The notes under the pieces are model-generated. The model worked only from the letters and a program-made list of their open reading frames with translations. It had not been told where the DNA came from and ran no database searches. A stretch of 56,874 bases of DNA from Planctomycetia bacterium. Its GTDB lineage: Bacteria; Planctomycetota; Planctomycetia; Pirellulales; S012-138. Within the stretch, counting starts at the first letter, position 1. Each line of letters begins with the position of its first letter. The translations under genes were made by a program, and so were the position numbers. Below are positions 56,390-56,874 of this stretch, one piece after another. The stretch lies in the NCBI GenBank assembly GCA_016177915.1, contig JACOUI010000377.1, positions 1 through 56,874 on the forward strand, written 5' to 3'.

Positions 56390-56874
56390 ATGAAACGCTC
56401 GATCTCCCTTTGGACCGTCGCCGCGCTCGCCACCTTGGCGGCGGGCATCGACCGCTCGCGGGGCGAAGACTGGCCCCAATGGCGCGGGCCGAACCGCGAC
56501 GGCATCTGCACCGAGAAGGGCCTCGTCGCGTCGTGGAACGAGAACAACCCTCCGCCGGTGGTCTTCGAGGCCAAGGGCCTCGGCTCCGGCTATTCGAGCG
56601 TGACGGTCTCCAAGGGGCGCGTCTACACGATGGGCGGCAAGGGCGGCCGGGCCAACGTCGTCTGCCTCGATGAAAAGACCGGCGAGATCGTCTGGTCCAC
56701 GCCCATCGGCGGCGGCGGCGAAACCAACTGCACGCCCACCGTCGACGGCGACCTCGTCTACGGGCTCTCCACCCAGGGCGACCTGGCCTGCCTCAAGACC
56801 GACGACGGCAGCATCGTCTGGACCAAGAACTTCAAAAGCGACTTCGGCGGCAGCATGATGTCGGGCTGGGGCTA
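56390..56874 (+). CDS. PQQ-like beta-propeller repeat protein (BamB-like), 5' partial at window end
   Basis: My own translation from ATG 56390: MKRSISLWTVAALATLAAGIDRSRGEDWPQWRGPNRDGICTEKGL...VYTMGGKGGRANVVCLDEKTGEIVWST. The DWPQWRGPNRDG motif is typical. The frame stays open to the window end and is not in the ORF track. Confidence 0.8.
   Translation, partial: MKRSISLWTVAALATLAAGIDRSRGEDWPQWRGPNRDGICTEKGLVASWNENNPPPVVFEAKGLGSGYSSVTVSKGRVYTMGGKGGRANVVCLDEKTGEIVWSTPIGGGGETNCTPTVDGDLVYGLSTQGDLACLKTDDGSIVWTKNFKSDFGGSMMSGWG

Noticed and set aside
1-56874. Prophage, integrative element or insertion sequence.
   Set aside because: No integrase, transposase, phage structural gene or tRNA attachment site was recognised. 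The low-GC patches are small and lack mobility genes.

Overview
High-GC chromosomal segment that looks planctomycetal: it has two DUF1559 pilin-like proteins, DUF1501, DUF1573, and many FHA and Ser/Thr-kinase genes. I can support about 49 protein-coding genes.

- **Housekeeping:** folC, fumC, ispE, a spoVG-like gene, folK, rpoD, a FAH-family hydrolase, a MaoC dehydratase and a DegT aminotransferase.
- **Signalling:** two Hanks-type kinases (one with HRD changed to HRN), two FHA proteins, and an FHA-fused class III nucleotide cyclase.
- **Other notable genes:** a 2049-aa thioester alpha-2-macroglobulin, an active plus a degenerate HtrA-like pair, a SWIM-LigE-WGR DNA ligase, an orphan beta-class DNA methyltransferase, and several small toxin-antitoxin-like modules.
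- **Not found:** rRNA, tRNA, CRISPR, transposase or integrase. This is a by-eye scan only.
- **Repeats:** most intergenic spacers carry repeats. These are several REP/REPIN-like palindrome families sharing a GTAG head, a separate 30-nt direct-repeat family, and GG-phased heptanucleotide tracts.
- **Artefact ORFs:** many long ORFs in the six-frame track are high-GC antisense or alternate-frame artefacts and were rejected.

**Most interesting locus:** a tight co-directional 8-gene cluster at about 22.8-30.4 kb. It encodes a SAM methyltransferase, a DUF1559 protein, a MauE-thioredoxin(CPHC) fusion, a membrane-anchored stand-alone C39 peptidase, a DUF1573 protein, a 15-Cys secreted protein with a double-glycine-type leader signature, a C-terminally anchored secreted protein and a GT-C-like glycosyltransferase. 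I propose it is an undescribed periplasmic processing and oxidative-maturation system.

All family calls come from motif recognition in the translations. No database search was run.
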